This document shows positions 20,049 to 30,234 of a DNA stretch of 64,000 nt, piece by piece. The DNA is from Acidimicrobiia bacterium (GTDB lineage Bacteria > Actinomycetota > Acidimicrobiia > Acidimicrobiales > CAIXPF01). Every line of letters starts with the position of its first letter. Positions within the stretch are counted from its first letter, which is position 1. Position numbers and translations under genes: made by a program. The notes beneath the pieces are model-generated. The model ran no database searches and was not told the DNA's origin. It was given only the letters and a program-made list of their open reading frames with translations. The stretch lies in assembly GCA_947476745.1 (NCBI GenBank), contig CANJRG010000010.1, positions 78,247 to 142,246 of the forward strand, in the 5' to 3' direction.

Positions 20049-20415
20049 GATCCTGCAGGGCGTCGCCGCCGATGGGCCCGCGCTACGGGTCCGCTACCGC
20101 TTCCTGTCCGAGGACGGCGCCGATCGTCACCACGGGTACGATCTGGTGTTCGGCCACGGGGTCCGGGCCGAGCCTGCGTCGCACGAGGTGGACACCCGGC
20201 CCGGCGGGGACGGGCAAACACCCGTGGTCACCGTCGTCCAGCCCGCCTCGGTGGCCCGCGAGGTGGCCGCCGGCCGGGTCGCGGCGCAGCAGACCCTGCT
20301 CGACGGCACGATCGAGGTGTCCGGGCCCGTCACCGCCCTGTTGGCCTGGGTCGACACCCTGCAGGCCATCGACGCGCAGCTCGGCCAGCTTCGGGCACAG
20401 ACCGAATGGTCCTGA
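20005..20415 (+). CDS. SCP2 sterol-carrier-like domain protein
   Basis: The N-terminal FASPEWIAAL and C-terminal LLDGTIEVSGPVTALLAWVDTL resemble the SCP2/alkyl-sulfatase C-terminal fold. This is a weak call made by eye. Confidence 0.45.
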   Translation: MVAFASPEWIAALDTILQGVAADGPALRVRYRFLSEDGADRHHGYDLVFGHGVRAEPASHEVDTRPGGDGQTPVVTVVQPASVAREVAAGRVAAQQTLLDGTIEVSGPVTALLAWVDTLQAIDAQLGQLRAQTEWS

Positions 20416-20484
20416 ACCGCGACCATCCCGGTTCCGAACGGCAGTGATCGCGATCCTGAGCCGCGGTCATCGCCCCTGACGCGC

Positions 20485-20515
20485 CGATGGCGGCAGGCCG
20501 GGCCTGCCGCCATCG
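20485..20515. terminator. 14-bp perfect hairpin between the convergent SCP2-like gene and mdh
   Basis: CGATGGCGGCAGGC / GCCTGCCGCCATCG with a 3-nt loop. Confidence 0.5.
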
Positions 20516-20558
20516 CTGACGTCGTCGAACGGGGACGGGATGGGCCCGTCGTTGGGGC

Positions 20559-21545
20559 TCAGATCAGCCCGAGCTCCTTGACCGCGTCGCGCTCCTCGAT
20601 CAGCTCGCCCACCGAGTCGTCGATCTTGCCTCGGGAGAAGGCGTCGATGTCCAGGCCCTGCACGACCGAGTACTGCCCGTCGGCGCAGGTGCACGGGAAC
20701 GAGGAGATCAGGCCCTCGGCCACGCCGTAGGAGCCGTCCGACGCTATGGCCATCGACACCCAGTCGCCGGAGGCGGTGCCCGTGGCCCAGGTGCGCATGT
20801 GGTCGATCGCCGCGTTGGCCGCCGACGCCGCCGAAGACAGGCCGCGGGCGTCGATGATGGCGGCGCCGCGCTTGGCCACCGTGGGGATGAAGTCGTTCTC
20901 CAGCCAGCTCTGGTCGTTGACCAGTGCGGCGGCGTTCTGGCCGTCGACCTCGGCGTGGAACAGGTCGGGGTACTGGCTCGCCGAGTGGTTGCCCCAGATT
21001 GTCATCTTGCTGACCGAGCTCACCGGACGACCGGTCTTCGCGGCCAGCTGCGCCACGGCACGGTTGTGGTCGAGGCGGGTCATGGCGGTGAACTGGCCCG
21101 GGTTGAGCGCCGGGGCGTTGTTCATCGCGATCAGCGCGTTGGTGTTGGCCGGGTTGCCGACCACCAGCACCCGCACCGCGCGCGACGCCGAGTCGGACAG
21201 GGCCTTGCCCTGGACGGTGAAAATGGCGCCGTTGGCCGACAGCAGGTCGGCCCGCTCCATACCGGCCTTGCGGGGCATGGCGCCCACGAGCAGGGCGTAA
21301 TCGGCGTCGCCGAACGCCACGTTGGCGTTATCGGTGGGAACCATCCCTGCCAGGAGCGGGAACGCACAGTCCTCGAGCTCCATGCACACCCCCTTGAGCG
21401 CCCCCAGAGCCGGAGTGATCTCGAGCATCTGCAGGATCACCGGCTGGTCTGGGCCCAACATCTGGCCGCTGGCGATTCGGAACAAGAGGCTGTAGCCGAT
21501 CTGGCCGGCAGCCCCGGTGACGGCAACGCGCACGGGTGACTTCAT
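20559..21545 (-). CDS. mdh: malate dehydrogenase
   Basis: The N-terminus [27 protein letters not shown] carries the NAD motif, with full-length similarity to the 328-aa MDH class. Confidence 0.95.
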   Translation of the reverse strand: MKSPVRVAVTGAAGQIGYSLLFRIASGQMLGPDQPVILQMLEITPALGALKGVCMELEDCAFPLLAGMVPTDNANVAFGDADYALLVGAMPRKAGMERADLLSANGAIFTVQGKALSDSASRAVRVLVVGNPANTNALIAMNNAPALNPGQFTAMTRLDHNRAVAQLAAKTGRPVSSVSKMTIWGNHSASQYPDLFHAEVDGQNAAALVNDQSWLENDFIPTVAKRGAAIIDARGLSSAASAANAAIDHMRTWATGTASGDWVSMAIASDGSYGVAEGLISSFPCTCADGQYSVVQGLDIDAFSRGKIDDSVGELIEERDAVKELGLI

Positions 21546-21636
21546 CGCCGCAAGCTAGCGGTTCGCGAACGTCCCACACACCTTCACCGGGGGGAAAATC
21601 GGTACCCGTCCATCCTGCACGCCGCGACCGACCGAC

Positions 21637-22818
21637 GTGCCAGACTGCGTGACCGTGACCGACAACGTCTCGCTCCCCACCGGTTTCAGCGCCCACGTGG
21701 CCAACATCGGCATCAAGGACGCGACCACCGACTTTCTGGTGGTCGCCTCCGCGTCGACCGCGAACGCCGCAGCCGTGTTCACCCGCTCCCGTTTCGCCGG
21801 ACCGTCGGTGTTGCTGTCGCGCACCCATGTCGCGGACCACCGGCTGCGCGCCGCGTTGGTGGTCTCCAAGAACGCCAACGTGGCCACCGGCCCGCAGGGC
21901 GCGGCCAACGCAGCCGAGCTCGCCGCCGGCGTCGGCCGGGCACTCCGCTGTGACCCGCAGGACGTGCTGGTGACCTCTACCGGGGTGATCGGACGCCAAT
22001 ACCCGATGGAGCGGATCCGCACCCACCTCGGGACCCTCGCCGGCGGCCCCTACCCCGTCACCGACGCCCTGACCGCGGCGACCGCCATGATGACCACCGA
22101 CACCGTGCCGAAATTCGCCGAGGCCACGGTCGGACAGGCCCGGATCGTCGGGCTGGCCAAGGGTGTGGGCATGATCGAACCGGACATGGCGACAATGATC
22201 TCGCTCATCTTCACCGATGCCGAGGTCCCCGCCGACGAGCTCGACGCCCGGTTCCGGGTGGCGGTCGAGCGCAGCTTCAACAGCCTCAGCGTCGATACCG
22301 ACACCTCCACCTCGGACACCGCCGCCATCCTGGCGAACGGGCTCGCCGGCCCCGTCGACCTCGACGAGTTCTCGGCCGCACTCGAGTCGGTCTGCCGTTC
22401 ACTGACCCGGCAGCTCGCACGCGACGGCGAAGGGGCCACCAAGCTGCTGGTGGTGAACGTCACCGGCGCCCGGGACGACGCCCAGGCCAAAGTGGTGGCC
22501 AAGGCAATCGTGAACTCGCCGTTGGTCAAGACCGCCATCCACGGTGCCGACCCCAACTGGGGACGGGTCGCCGCGGCGATCGGCAAGTGCGCTGACGAGA
22601 CCGACATCGACCAGGAGCGGGTGGTCATCCGTTTCGGCGATCAGCAGGTCTACCCCGGCGACGTGGACGAGGCCGGCCTGGCCCGCCTGGCCGAGACGAT
22701 GCGGGCCGAGGAGGTCCTCGTCACCGCCGAGCTCGGTATCGCCACCGGCTCCTGGACGGTGTACGGCTGCGACCTGTCCGACCAGTACATCCGGATCAAC
22801 GCCGACTACACGACCTGA
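21637..22818 (+). CDS. argJ: bifunctional glutamate N-acetyltransferase / amino-acid acetyltransferase ArgJ
   Basis: It has MMTTDTVPK and the self-cleavage context EPDMATMISLIFTDA. The C-terminus is INADYTT. Confidence 0.9.
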   Translation: MPDCVTVTDNVSLPTGFSAHVANIGIKDATTDFLVVASASTANAAAVFTRSRFAGPSVLLSRTHVADHRLRAALVVSKNANVATGPQGAANAAELAAGVGRALRCDPQDVLVTSTGVIGRQYPMERIRTHLGTLAGGPYPVTDALTAATAMMTTDTVPKFAEATVGQARIVGLAKGVGMIEPDMATMISLIFTDAEVPADELDARFRVAVERSFNSLSVDTDTSTSDTAAILANGLAGPVDLDEFSAALESVCRSLTRQLARDGEGATKLLVVNVTGARDDAQAKVVAKAIVNSPLVKTAIHGADPNWGRVAAAIGKCADETDIDQERVVIRFGDQQVYPGDVDEAGLARLAETMRAEEVLVTAELGIATGSWTVYGCDLSDQYIRINADYTT

Positions 22819-22823
22819 ACCCC

Positions 22824-22889
22824 GGGCACGCCGAAACCGCGGGCACGCCGAACCGGGGGCACGCCGAACCGGGGCCGCACCGGCGTGCC
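22824..22889. repeat. three direct copies of GGGCACGCCGAA (periods 17 and 16) plus one inverted partial copy
   Basis: The copies are at 22824, 22841 and 22857. Copies 2 and 3 are identical 16-mers (GGGCACGCCGAACCGG). CGGCGTGCC (22881-22889) is the reverse complement of GGCACGCCG in copy 3. The array lies between the convergent argJ and amidohydrolase stops. Confidence 0.8.
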
Positions 22890-22918
22890 GGGCGCCACCC
22901 GGTGGGGGCTGCCCGTCG

Positions 22919-23923
22919 TCAGCGGTCGATGCGGTAGACGTCGCGGGCGGTGCCGGCGAACAGCCGGGCACGCTCGGCACGGGTGTAGCCGGCCGACACC
23001 TTCTTGAAGGCGTTCCACAGCACGACGTAGCTGCACGACTCGGCGTCGACGGGGTGGTTCGACTCGAACATGCAACGGGCCGGGCCGAAGGTCTCGATGC
23101 ACCAACGCAGCTGCTCGCCCCAGAAGGCCAGCAGCTCATCAGAACTCGGCGGCCGCGTCCAGGTGTCGAACCCGGCACCGAACCGGGCCATGCCGATACC
23201 GCCCAGCTTCAGGAACACGTTCGGGCACTCGGCGAGCCGTTCCATGGCCGGGCGCCACACCTCGAGCACCTCGGCCCGCCGGCCGGCGTAGGGGCCGATG
23301 CCCATCGGAGCACCGAGGTGATTCACGACGATGGTCAGCCCGGGAACGGCCCTGGCGAGCGCCACCACGTCGTCGAGCTGCGGGTGCAGCTGCCAGGCCT
23401 CGAAGCTGAGCCCCATGCTGCTCAGTACAGCCAGGGCCCGCCGGACCTCCCCGAGGGCGTAGAGCTGCGGCGGCGGATTGCTGTGCGAACGCGGGATCAA
23501 CGGCGACGGATCCCACGCGGCAGAGTGCCGGATACCCCGGAAACGTCCGCCGGCCGCCTCGACGTGGGCGTGCAGGACCTCGGCCACCGCGTCGCCGAGG
23601 GTCAGATCGGCATGGCCGACGATGGCGGCGATGGTCGAGCCCGCGGCCCGCTCGGAACGCGCCGCCCGGTCAGCCACGAAGCGGGTCTCGCCCACCGGGC
23701 GCAGCCGATCAGGCCCTTCATCGAGATAGGCCGCGGAGCACTCGATGAACACCGTGTCCACGACGCGGTGGCCGGCACCGGTGTCGAGCCAGAGCTGCTC
23801 GAGGTCGTAGTCCGAACGCCCGGTGGTGCCGGACGGCCACAGGTGATGATGGGCGTCGCAGATCTCCAGATCGGGCTCGAGCACCGTCTCGGGAGTCGCC
23901 TCCAACCACTGGCGATCCATCAC
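22919..23923 (-). CDS. amidohydrolase-2 family metal-dependent hydrolase
   Basis: It has the N-terminal metal motif ICDAHHHLW and a TIM-barrel-like length with further His/Asp positions (VNHLG, FESNHPVD). Confidence 0.8.
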   Translation of the reverse strand: MMDRQWLEATPETVLEPDLEICDAHHHLWPSGTTGRSDYDLEQLWLDTGAGHRVVDTVFIECSAAYLDEGPDRLRPVGETRFVADRAARSERAAGSTIAAIVGHADLTLGDAVAEVLHAHVEAAGGRFRGIRHSAAWDPSPLIPRSHSNPPPQLYALGEVRRALAVLSSMGLSFEAWQLHPQLDDVVALARAVPGLTIVVNHLGAPMGIGPYAGRRAEVLEVWRPAMERLAECPNVFLKLGGIGMARFGAGFDTWTRPPSSDELLAFWGEQLRWCIETFGPARCMFESNHPVDAESCSYVVLWNAFKKVSAGYTRAERARLFAGTARDVYRIDR

Positions 23924-24045
23924 CGGACCCTACCGTTGCCGCACCCGCCCGGGACGAGTGAACCACCACCCGGGTGGCCCACCTTGCTAGAACAAGGCGT
24001 TCAGCATCGGGTTGTCCGATCCGGTGACCGGAGAACGGAGACTGC

Positions 24046-25182
24046 GTGTTCCTGGCTTGGAAGGAGATGCGGCGGGCGAAGGCACGCTTCGGTCTGCTCA
24101 TCGCTGCCGTCGGCCTGCTGGTCTTCCTCATCCTGTTCCAACAGTCGCTGCAGAACGGGCTGCTCACCAGCTTCACCGGAGCCCTGCGCAACCAGAGCGC
24201 CGAGGTGCTCGTCTATCGCACCGACGGCCGTCGGATCCTGCAGGCCAGCGTCATCTCCCCGGACCTCACCGAGATGGTCGGTCGGGACCCTTCCGTCGCC
24301 GCCGTCGGGCGGATCACCCAGGGCACCTTCACCGTGACCCCGCTTGCCCTCGGAGCCGACGCCGAACCGGTCGAGACCTCCGTCATCGGGTTCGAGCTGC
24401 CCGACCTCGGGGGTCCGCGGTTCCTCACCGCCGGCCGGGTGCCCGAGAACACCGAGGAGGCGGTGGCCTCCGACGCCGATGCCGCGGGAGGCTTCGCCGT
24501 CGGCGACGTCGTGCGGATCGAACCCGGCGGCAAGCAGTTGACCATCGTGGGCCTGGCTCGCGACGCCCAGTTGAACGTCGCCCCCACGCTGTTCGTCACC
24601 TACGACACCTATCGGGCTGCGCTCGCCAGCCGGAACCCCGATGCCGGCGCTCCCCTGCCCAACGCCCTCGGGATCCGACCGGCGCCCGGCGTCACCGCAG
24701 GCCAGGCAGTGGCCGCCATCAACGCCCTCTCGCCGGAACTCGATGCCCTGACCAGAGACGATGCTGCCGAGCAAGCACCCGGCGTAGCCCAGGTCCGCCA
24801 GTCCTTCCGGGTCATCTTCCTGCTGTACGGCTTCGTCGTCCCCCTGGTGACCGGCCTGTTCTTCCTCATCATCACGTTCCAGAAGGCACCGGCGCTCACC
24901 CTGCTGCGGGCCATCGGCGCCCCGGCTTCCCGGCTGGTGGCGTCGCTGCTGATCCAGGTGGCAATCGTGCTCGGTGGCGGGTTGGTGGCCGGCGTGGGCT
25001 TGTACGCCGCGCTGGCCCGGGGTCGGATCGGGGGCGTCCCCCTGCGCTTCGAGACCACGGCGGTCATCGTGTGGGTGGTCCTGCTGAGCGTCGGTGGTCT
25101 GATCAGCGCCCTGTTCTCGGCCCGGCGTGTGCTGGCCATCGACCCCTATTCGGCAACCACGGGAGCGGGGGTGGGACGATGA
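24046..25182 (+). CDS. ABC transporter permease, FtsX/MacB type
   Basis: The N-terminus is MFLAWKEMRRAKARFGLLIAAVGLLVFLILF, followed by a large extracytoplasmic domain and three C-terminal helices. The stop overlaps the next ATG. Confidence 0.8.
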   Translation: MFLAWKEMRRAKARFGLLIAAVGLLVFLILFQQSLQNGLLTSFTGALRNQSAEVLVYRTDGRRILQASVISPDLTEMVGRDPSVAAVGRITQGTFTVTPLALGADAEPVETSVIGFELPDLGGPRFLTAGRVPENTEEAVASDADAAGGFAVGDVVRIEPGGKQLTIVGLARDAQLNVAPTLFVTYDTYRAALASRNPDAGAPLPNALGIRPAPGVTAGQAVAAINALSPELDALTRDDAAEQAPGVAQVRQSFRVIFLLYGFVVPLVTGLFFLIITFQKAPALTLLRAIGAPASRLVASLLIQVAIVLGGGLVAGVGLYAALARGRIGGVPLRFETTAVIVWVVLLSVGGLISALFSARRVLAIDPYSATTGAGVGR

Positions 25183-26294
25183 AGCTGGCCCTGCGGGAAC
25201 TGCGCCGGCAACCCGGGCGCTTCGCCGCTGCGGGGATGATCCTCACCTTGATCGCCCTGCTCCTGATGTTCCTCGGTGGCCTGCTCGACGGCCTGATCCG
25301 TTCGTCCACCGGCGCAGTGCGAGCGCTGGATGCCGATGTGCTGGTGTTCTCGTCGAGCGCCGAGAACGCCTTCCTGCGCAGCCGCGTCGAGCCTGCGCTG
25401 CGGGCAACGGTCGACGCCGTCGACGGGGTCGAGCAGACCGCCGGTATCGGCGTGCTGCAGTTCGGCGCCCGGATGCCCGACAGCGACCCCCGGGATCTGC
25501 TCGACATCGCCCTGTTCGGTACCGAGCTCCCGCTGCAGTCGGTCGATGCGCTACCGGGCGAGGGCGAGGTCCTCGCCGACGAGTCGCTCCGCCAGCGGGG
25601 GGTGACCGAGGGCATGGTGCTCGAGCTGGGCCCGGGTCGCAGCCCGGTGACGGTGGTCGGCTTCACCAAGGACACCAGCTACCTCGGGCAGGCCGCGCTG
25701 TGGGCCAGCCCCCAGACCTGGCGCGAGGTCCTCGGCGAGAACCGGCCCGACCAGCTCCTCGGCCCCGACGTCTTCCAGGCCCTGCTGGTTCGCCTGGCCC
25801 CCGGCAGCGACGCCGCCGCCGTGGCCGAGCGGATCGATGAGGCCACCGGCGCCGCGACGGCTTCGCTCACCGTGATCGCCGCCGCCGACACGCTGCCCGG
25901 GGTGCAGGAGCAGCAGGCCACCTTCAACCAGATCATCGGGGTCACCGTGGCGATCGCCATCGTGGTGGTGGCACTGTTCTTCGCCCTGCTCACCATCGAA
26001 CGAGCCGGCCTCTACGGGGTGCTCAAGGCCATCGGTGCCGAGTCGCGCAGCCTGTTCGGCGGTCTGGTACTGCAGGCGGTGGTGCTCACCACGCTGTCCT
26101 GTGGCATCGCCGCCGTGGCAGCGGTGGGGCTCGACCTCGCCATCCCCCCGGGCTCGATACCGCTGCGTATCTCCGCACTCCGCCTCATCACCAGCCTCGT
26201 ATACCTGCTCGTGGCAGCGGTGGTCGGGTGTGCCTTCTCACTCCGTCGGGTCCTGCGTGTCGACCCGGCATCGGCCATCGGGAGCAGCTCATGA
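25179..26294 (+). CDS. ABC transporter permease, FtsX/MacB type (second copy)
   Basis: MKLALRELRRQPGRFAAAGMILTLIALLLMFLGG... has the same architecture as the preceding permease. The ATG at 25179 sits in an ATGA overlap. It lies inside tracked ORF 24012..26294. Confidence 0.8.
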   Translation: MKLALRELRRQPGRFAAAGMILTLIALLLMFLGGLLDGLIRSSTGAVRALDADVLVFSSSAENAFLRSRVEPALRATVDAVDGVEQTAGIGVLQFGARMPDSDPRDLLDIALFGTELPLQSVDALPGEGEVLADESLRQRGVTEGMVLELGPGRSPVTVVGFTKDTSYLGQAALWASPQTWREVLGENRPDQLLGPDVFQALLVRLAPGSDAAAVAERIDEATGAATASLTVIAAADTLPGVQEQQATFNQIIGVTVAIAIVVVALFFALLTIERAGLYGVLKAIGAESRSLFGGLVLQAVVLTTLSCGIAAVAAVGLDLAIPPGSIPLRISALRLITSLVYLLVAAVVGCAFSLRRVLRVDPASAIGSSS

Positions 26295-27022
26295 ACGAAC
26301 AGGACGGTCTCACCGGGGACGGGTTCACCGAGCACGCCCCGGCCCAGGGCTGGGGTCCGGCGCTGATCATGGAGAAGGCCCGCAAGGTCTACCCCATGGC
26401 CGACAGCGAGGTCGTCGCCCTCGACGACGCCGACATCGTCGTGGAAGCCGACGAGATGGTGGCCCTCGTCGGTCCGTCCGGTTCGGGCAAGACGACCTTG
26501 TGCTCGATCGCCGGCGGGATCCTCTCACCGACATCGGGCCGCGTGGTCGTCGGCGGGGTCGACATCTCGACCTTCGGCCCGAAGCAGCTGACGCGGGTGC
26601 GCCGGGAACTGGTCGGCTTCGTGTTCCAGTCGGTGAACCTGGTCCCGTTCCTCACCGCCCGGGAAAACCTGCTGGTGGTCGACGAGCTGGGCCGCCGGAC
26701 CGGCGCACCGGCACGGCGTCGGGCCGACCAACTCCTCGAGGAACTGGGCCTCGCCGACCGGGCGAAGAACCTGCCGGGCCAGCTGTCTGGTGGTCAGCGC
26801 CAGCGCGTGGCCATCGGCCGGGCGCTGATGAACGACCCGGAGCTGGTGCTGTTCGACGAGCCGACCTCGGCGTTGGACACCAAGTTGGGCATGGCGGTGA
26901 TGGAGCTGATTCGCGACGAGATGAAGTCGCGGGGCATCGCCGCCATCGTCGTCACCCACGACGAGCGGATCACCCAGTTCTGCGACCGCAGCGTCCACAT
27001 GGAGGACGGCAGGGTCCTTTGA
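26291..27022 (+). CDS. ABC transporter ATP-binding protein
   Basis: It has Walker A GPSGSGKTT, signature LSGGQRQRVAIGRAL and Walker B LVLFDEPTSALD. The ATG at 26291 overlaps the permease stop. Confidence 0.9.
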   Translation: MNEQDGLTGDGFTEHAPAQGWGPALIMEKARKVYPMADSEVVALDDADIVVEADEMVALVGPSGSGKTTLCSIAGGILSPTSGRVVVGGVDISTFGPKQLTRVRRELVGFVFQSVNLVPFLTARENLLVVDELGRRTGAPARRRADQLLEELGLADRAKNLPGQLSGGQRQRVAIGRALMNDPELVLFDEPTSALDTKLGMAVMELIRDEMKSRGIAAIVVTHDERITQFCDRSVHMEDGRVL

Positions 27023-27076
27023 CGGCGGGTTCGGCGGGTCCGACCGCCTGAACCCTGCCCGGCCGGCCGGCAACCG

Positions 27077-28126
27077 TCAGCTGTCGAGCAACTCGCGGAA
27101 CTGCTCGATGGTACGGACCGGGTCGGGACCGACCGGGTTGACGTTGAGCACGGTGACCCCGGCTTCCTTGAAGGCACCGATGCGTTCCTTGAGGTAGCTC
27201 TTGGGCCCGACCAGGTGCGACTTCTGCAGGAACTCGAGAGGCACCTTCGCCGCCGCCTCGTCCTTGTGGCCGTCGAGGTACAGGTCCTGGATCTCGATGG
27301 CCTCCGCCTCGTAGCCGCAGCGCCGGGCGAGATCGTTGTAGAAGTTCTTGTCGCGGGCTCCCATGCCGCCCCAGTACAGGGCGGTCTGCGGGCGGGCCGC
27401 GCCGAGCACCTTGGCCTGCTTCTCCCCCACCAGGTCCTCGCCGATGGCCAGCAGACCCCCGGCCGAGATCTGCAGCTGATCCAGCCCGGGGTCGCGTTTC
27501 GCCAGGCCGGCCTTCAGCTCATTGCCCCAGACCTTGGTGAAGCTCTCCGGCTCGAAGAACACCGGCAGCCAACCGTCGGCGTGCGCCGCGGTCTCGCGCA
27601 CCGACAGACCCTGCAACGACGCCCACCAGATCGGCACGTTCGCACGAACCGGATGGTTGATGAGCTTGAGGGGCTTGCCCAGCCCTGTGCCCTGACCGGC
27701 GGGCAGGGGCAGCTGCACCACCTTGCCGTCGTAGACCAGCGGCTCGCGGCGCAACATCATGCGCACGACGTCGATGTACTCCTTGATTCGCTGCATCGGC
27801 TTCTCGTACGCGATGCCGTGAAACCCCTCGATCACCTGCGGACCGGATGCACCGAGGCCGAGGATGAACCGGCCGTCGGAGACCATGTCGCAGCCGGCCG
27901 CGGTCTGGCCCATCAAGGCGGCCGAGCGCGAATACACGTTGACGATGCCGGTCCCGATCTGGACCCGTTCGGTCATCGCCGCGAGGTACCCGACCTGGCT
28001 GATGGCGTCGTAGCTGTACGCCTCGGCCAGCCACACGATGTCGAGGCCGGCTTTCTCCAATTCCTGGACCCGGCCCACGCTGTCCTTGAAACTGCCGGCG
28101 TAGCCCATCGACATGGCCAACTGCAT
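27077..28126 (-). CDS. LLM-class (luciferase-like) flavin/F420-dependent oxidoreductase
   Basis: MQLAMSMGYAGSF...LEKAGLDIVWLAEAYSYDAISQVGYLAAMTERVQIGTGIVNVYSRS. The ATG at 28126 follows GGGAGGTGGG. Confidence 0.8.
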   Translation of the reverse strand: MQLAMSMGYAGSFKDSVGRVQELEKAGLDIVWLAEAYSYDAISQVGYLAAMTERVQIGTGIVNVYSRSAALMGQTAAGCDMVSDGRFILGLGASGPQVIEGFHGIAYEKPMQRIKEYIDVVRMMLRREPLVYDGKVVQLPLPAGQGTGLGKPLKLINHPVRANVPIWWASLQGLSVRETAAHADGWLPVFFEPESFTKVWGNELKAGLAKRDPGLDQLQISAGGLLAIGEDLVGEKQAKVLGAARPQTALYWGGMGARDKNFYNDLARRCGYEAEAIEIQDLYLDGHKDEAAAKVPLEFLQKSHLVGPKSYLKERIGAFKEAGVTVLNVNPVGPDPVRTIEQFRELLDS

Positions 28127-28244
28127 TGACCCACCTCCCGATCCTGTGTGTGCCCCGGCATGATCGAGCAGCCCTCCGGGCGGCATGGCACCGCGCCCAC
28201 GGCCCGCCCGACCACGACCGCGAGCTCCGCTAACCTCCGCCACC

Positions 28245-29768
28245 ATGTGGCCCTGGCTCATCGTCGGAACCGTCCTCGTCGTGGCCCTCGTGGCCACCTA
28301 CGACCTGCTGCAGCACAAGCACGCCATCCTGCGTAACTTCCCCGTCATCGGGCATTTCCGCTACGTACTGGAGAAGGTCGGGCCCGAGCTGCGCCAGTAC
28401 ATCGTGACCGACAACGACGAGGAGCGGCCGTTCTCCCGTGACCGGCGACGCTGGGTCTACGCCAGCTCGAAGAAGGAGAACGATTACTTCGGGTTCGGCA
28501 CCGACAACGACCTCGACCGCCCTGCCGCCGGGTACGTCATCATCAAGCACAGCGCCTTCCCGCACCGGCCGGTCGCGGCGGATGCCGACGCCTCCCACCC
28601 GATCCCCGCAGCCAAGGTGATCGGCGCCTGGCGCGGGCGCCGTCATGCGTTCCGGCCGGCGTCGGTGGTCAACATCTCCGGCATGAGTTACGGCTCGCTG
28701 TCGGGTGCCGCCGTCGAGGCCCTGAACCGGGGCGCGCTGCTGGCCGGGTGCTGGCAGGCCACCGGCGAAGGAGGCCTGTCCCGGTTCCATCAGCACGGCG
28801 GCGACCTGGTGTTCCAGATCGGCACCGGCTATTTCGGCGTCCGCGACGCAGCCGGCGACTTCGAGCTGAGCCGGCTGGTCGACCTGTGCGCGGCCAACCC
28901 GGTCCGGGCCATCGAGCTGAAGCTGTCCCAAGGGGCCAAGCCGGGGTTGGGCGGGCTGCTGCCCGGCCCCAAGGTGACCAAGGCGATCGCCGAGGTCCGC
29001 GGCATCGAGGTCGGCAAGGACTGCATCTCGCCCGCCTTCCACGGCACCTTCTCCGACATCGACGGCATGCTGGAGTTCATCGAACGCGCCGCAGACGCCA
29101 CCGGCATACCGGTCGGCATCAAATCCGCCGTGGGTGACACCCGGTTCTGGACCGATCTCGCCACCCGCATGGCCGTGACCGGAACGGGCCCGGACTTCGT
29201 GGTCGTCGACGGCGGCGAGGGGGGGACCGGCGCCGGACCGCTGGCCTTCACCGACCACGTGGCGCTGCCGTTCCGGCAGGGCTTCCCCCGGGTGTACCGA
29301 GCCTTCGCCGAGGCCGACCTGCACCACAAGGTGGCCTTCGGCGGCTCGGCCAAGCTCGGCTTTCCCGAGGTCGCGTTGCTGGCCCTGGGCATGGGGTGCG
29401 ACTGGGTGAGCGTGGCACGCGAGGCCCTGCTCGCCATCGGCTGCGTGCAGGCCCAGCGCTGCCACACCGACCACTGCCCGACAGGCATTGCCACCCAGCG
29501 GCCCTGGCTCGAGCGGGGCCTCGATCCGGACCTCAAGTCGGTGCGCTGCGCGAACTACCTCATCACCCTGCGCAAGGAGCTGCTGCGCCTGGCCCATGCC
29601 TGCGGAGAGAGCCATCCGGCGTTGGTCGGGCTGGACCGGATCGAGCTGCTCGGCAGCGACGGCGAGTCCCGACCGTCGGCTGAGGTCTTCGGGTACCAAC
29701 CCGGCTGGGGCCTGCCGTCGAGGGCCGAGGCCAAACTCGTCGAGCAGCTGGTCGCAACGAGGCGCTGA
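28245..29768 (+). CDS. FMN-binding glutamate synthase family protein (GltB domain-2-like) with N-terminal TM helix
   Basis: MWPWLIVGTVLVVALVATYDLLQHKHAILRNFPVIGHFRYVLE, a family-typical N-terminus, with FMN-barrel stretches (IELKLSQGAKPGLGG, VVVDGGEGGTGA). Confidence 0.85.
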   Translation: MWPWLIVGTVLVVALVATYDLLQHKHAILRNFPVIGHFRYVLEKVGPELRQYIVTDNDEERPFSRDRRRWVYASSKKENDYFGFGTDNDLDRPAAGYVIIKHSAFPHRPVAADADASHPIPAAKVIGAWRGRRHAFRPASVVNISGMSYGSLSGAAVEALNRGALLAGCWQATGEGGLSRFHQHGGDLVFQIGTGYFGVRDAAGDFELSRLVDLCAANPVRAIELKLSQGAKPGLGGLLPGPKVTKAIAEVRGIEVGKDCISPAFHGTFSDIDGMLEFIERAADATGIPVGIKSAVGDTRFWTDLATRMAVTGTGPDFVVVDGGEGGTGAGPLAFTDHVALPFRQGFPRVYRAFAEADLHHKVAFGGSAKLGFPEVALLALGMGCDWVSVAREALLAIGCVQAQRCHTDHCPTGIATQRPWLERGLDPDLKSVRCANYLITLRKELLRLAHACGESHPALVGLDRIELLGSDGESRPSAEVFGYQPGWGLPSRAEAKLVEQLVATRR

Positions 29769-29787
29769 ACCCCGGAGGTGCGCCCGG

Positions 29788-30234
29788 TCAGGCGGAGGGA
29801 GCCGGCTGGGTCGGGTGCACGATGCACACCGGCCGGGTGGTGCTGTGCGGCAGCTTCATCGACGTGGACCCCAGCGCCAGCCCACGCAGCGTCGACTGAC
29901 CCCGGGCACCGACCACGACGAGGTCGGCATCGGCTGCCTCGGCAGCGTCGACGAGGGCGTCGACCGGCGTCCCCTCGACCACCCGGGCCTCGAACCGCAC
30001 GCCGGCGGCGCGCAACGGCGCACACCACTGCTCGTCGAGGTCGCGCTCGCAGGCGACCCGCAGGGCGTGGAAGTCGATGGGCGGGTCGACCTTGCCGAGA
30101 TAGGCCAGCGGCTCGAAGGCATGCACGGCGACGACCTTCGCCCGCAGTTGGCCCGCCAGCTCCGCCGCCCAACGCACAGCCTGGTCGCTGCCGTCGGAGG
30201 GATCGACCCCGACCACGATCGTGTGGACGCTCAT
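29788..30234 (-). CDS. universal stress protein (UspA family)
   Basis: MSVHTIVVGVDPSDGSDQAVRWAA ... ADLVVVGARGQSTLRGLALGSTS. The ATG at 30234 overlaps the terC stop (ATGA). The rest of tracked ORF 29788..31029 is discarded. Confidence 0.8.
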   Translation of the reverse strand: MSVHTIVVGVDPSDGSDQAVRWAAELAGQLRAKVVAVHAFEPLAYLGKVDPPIDFHALRVACERDLDEQWCAPLRAAGVRFEARVVEGTPVDALVDAAEAADADLVVVGARGQSTLRGLALGSTSMKLPHSTTRPVCIVHPTQPAPSA

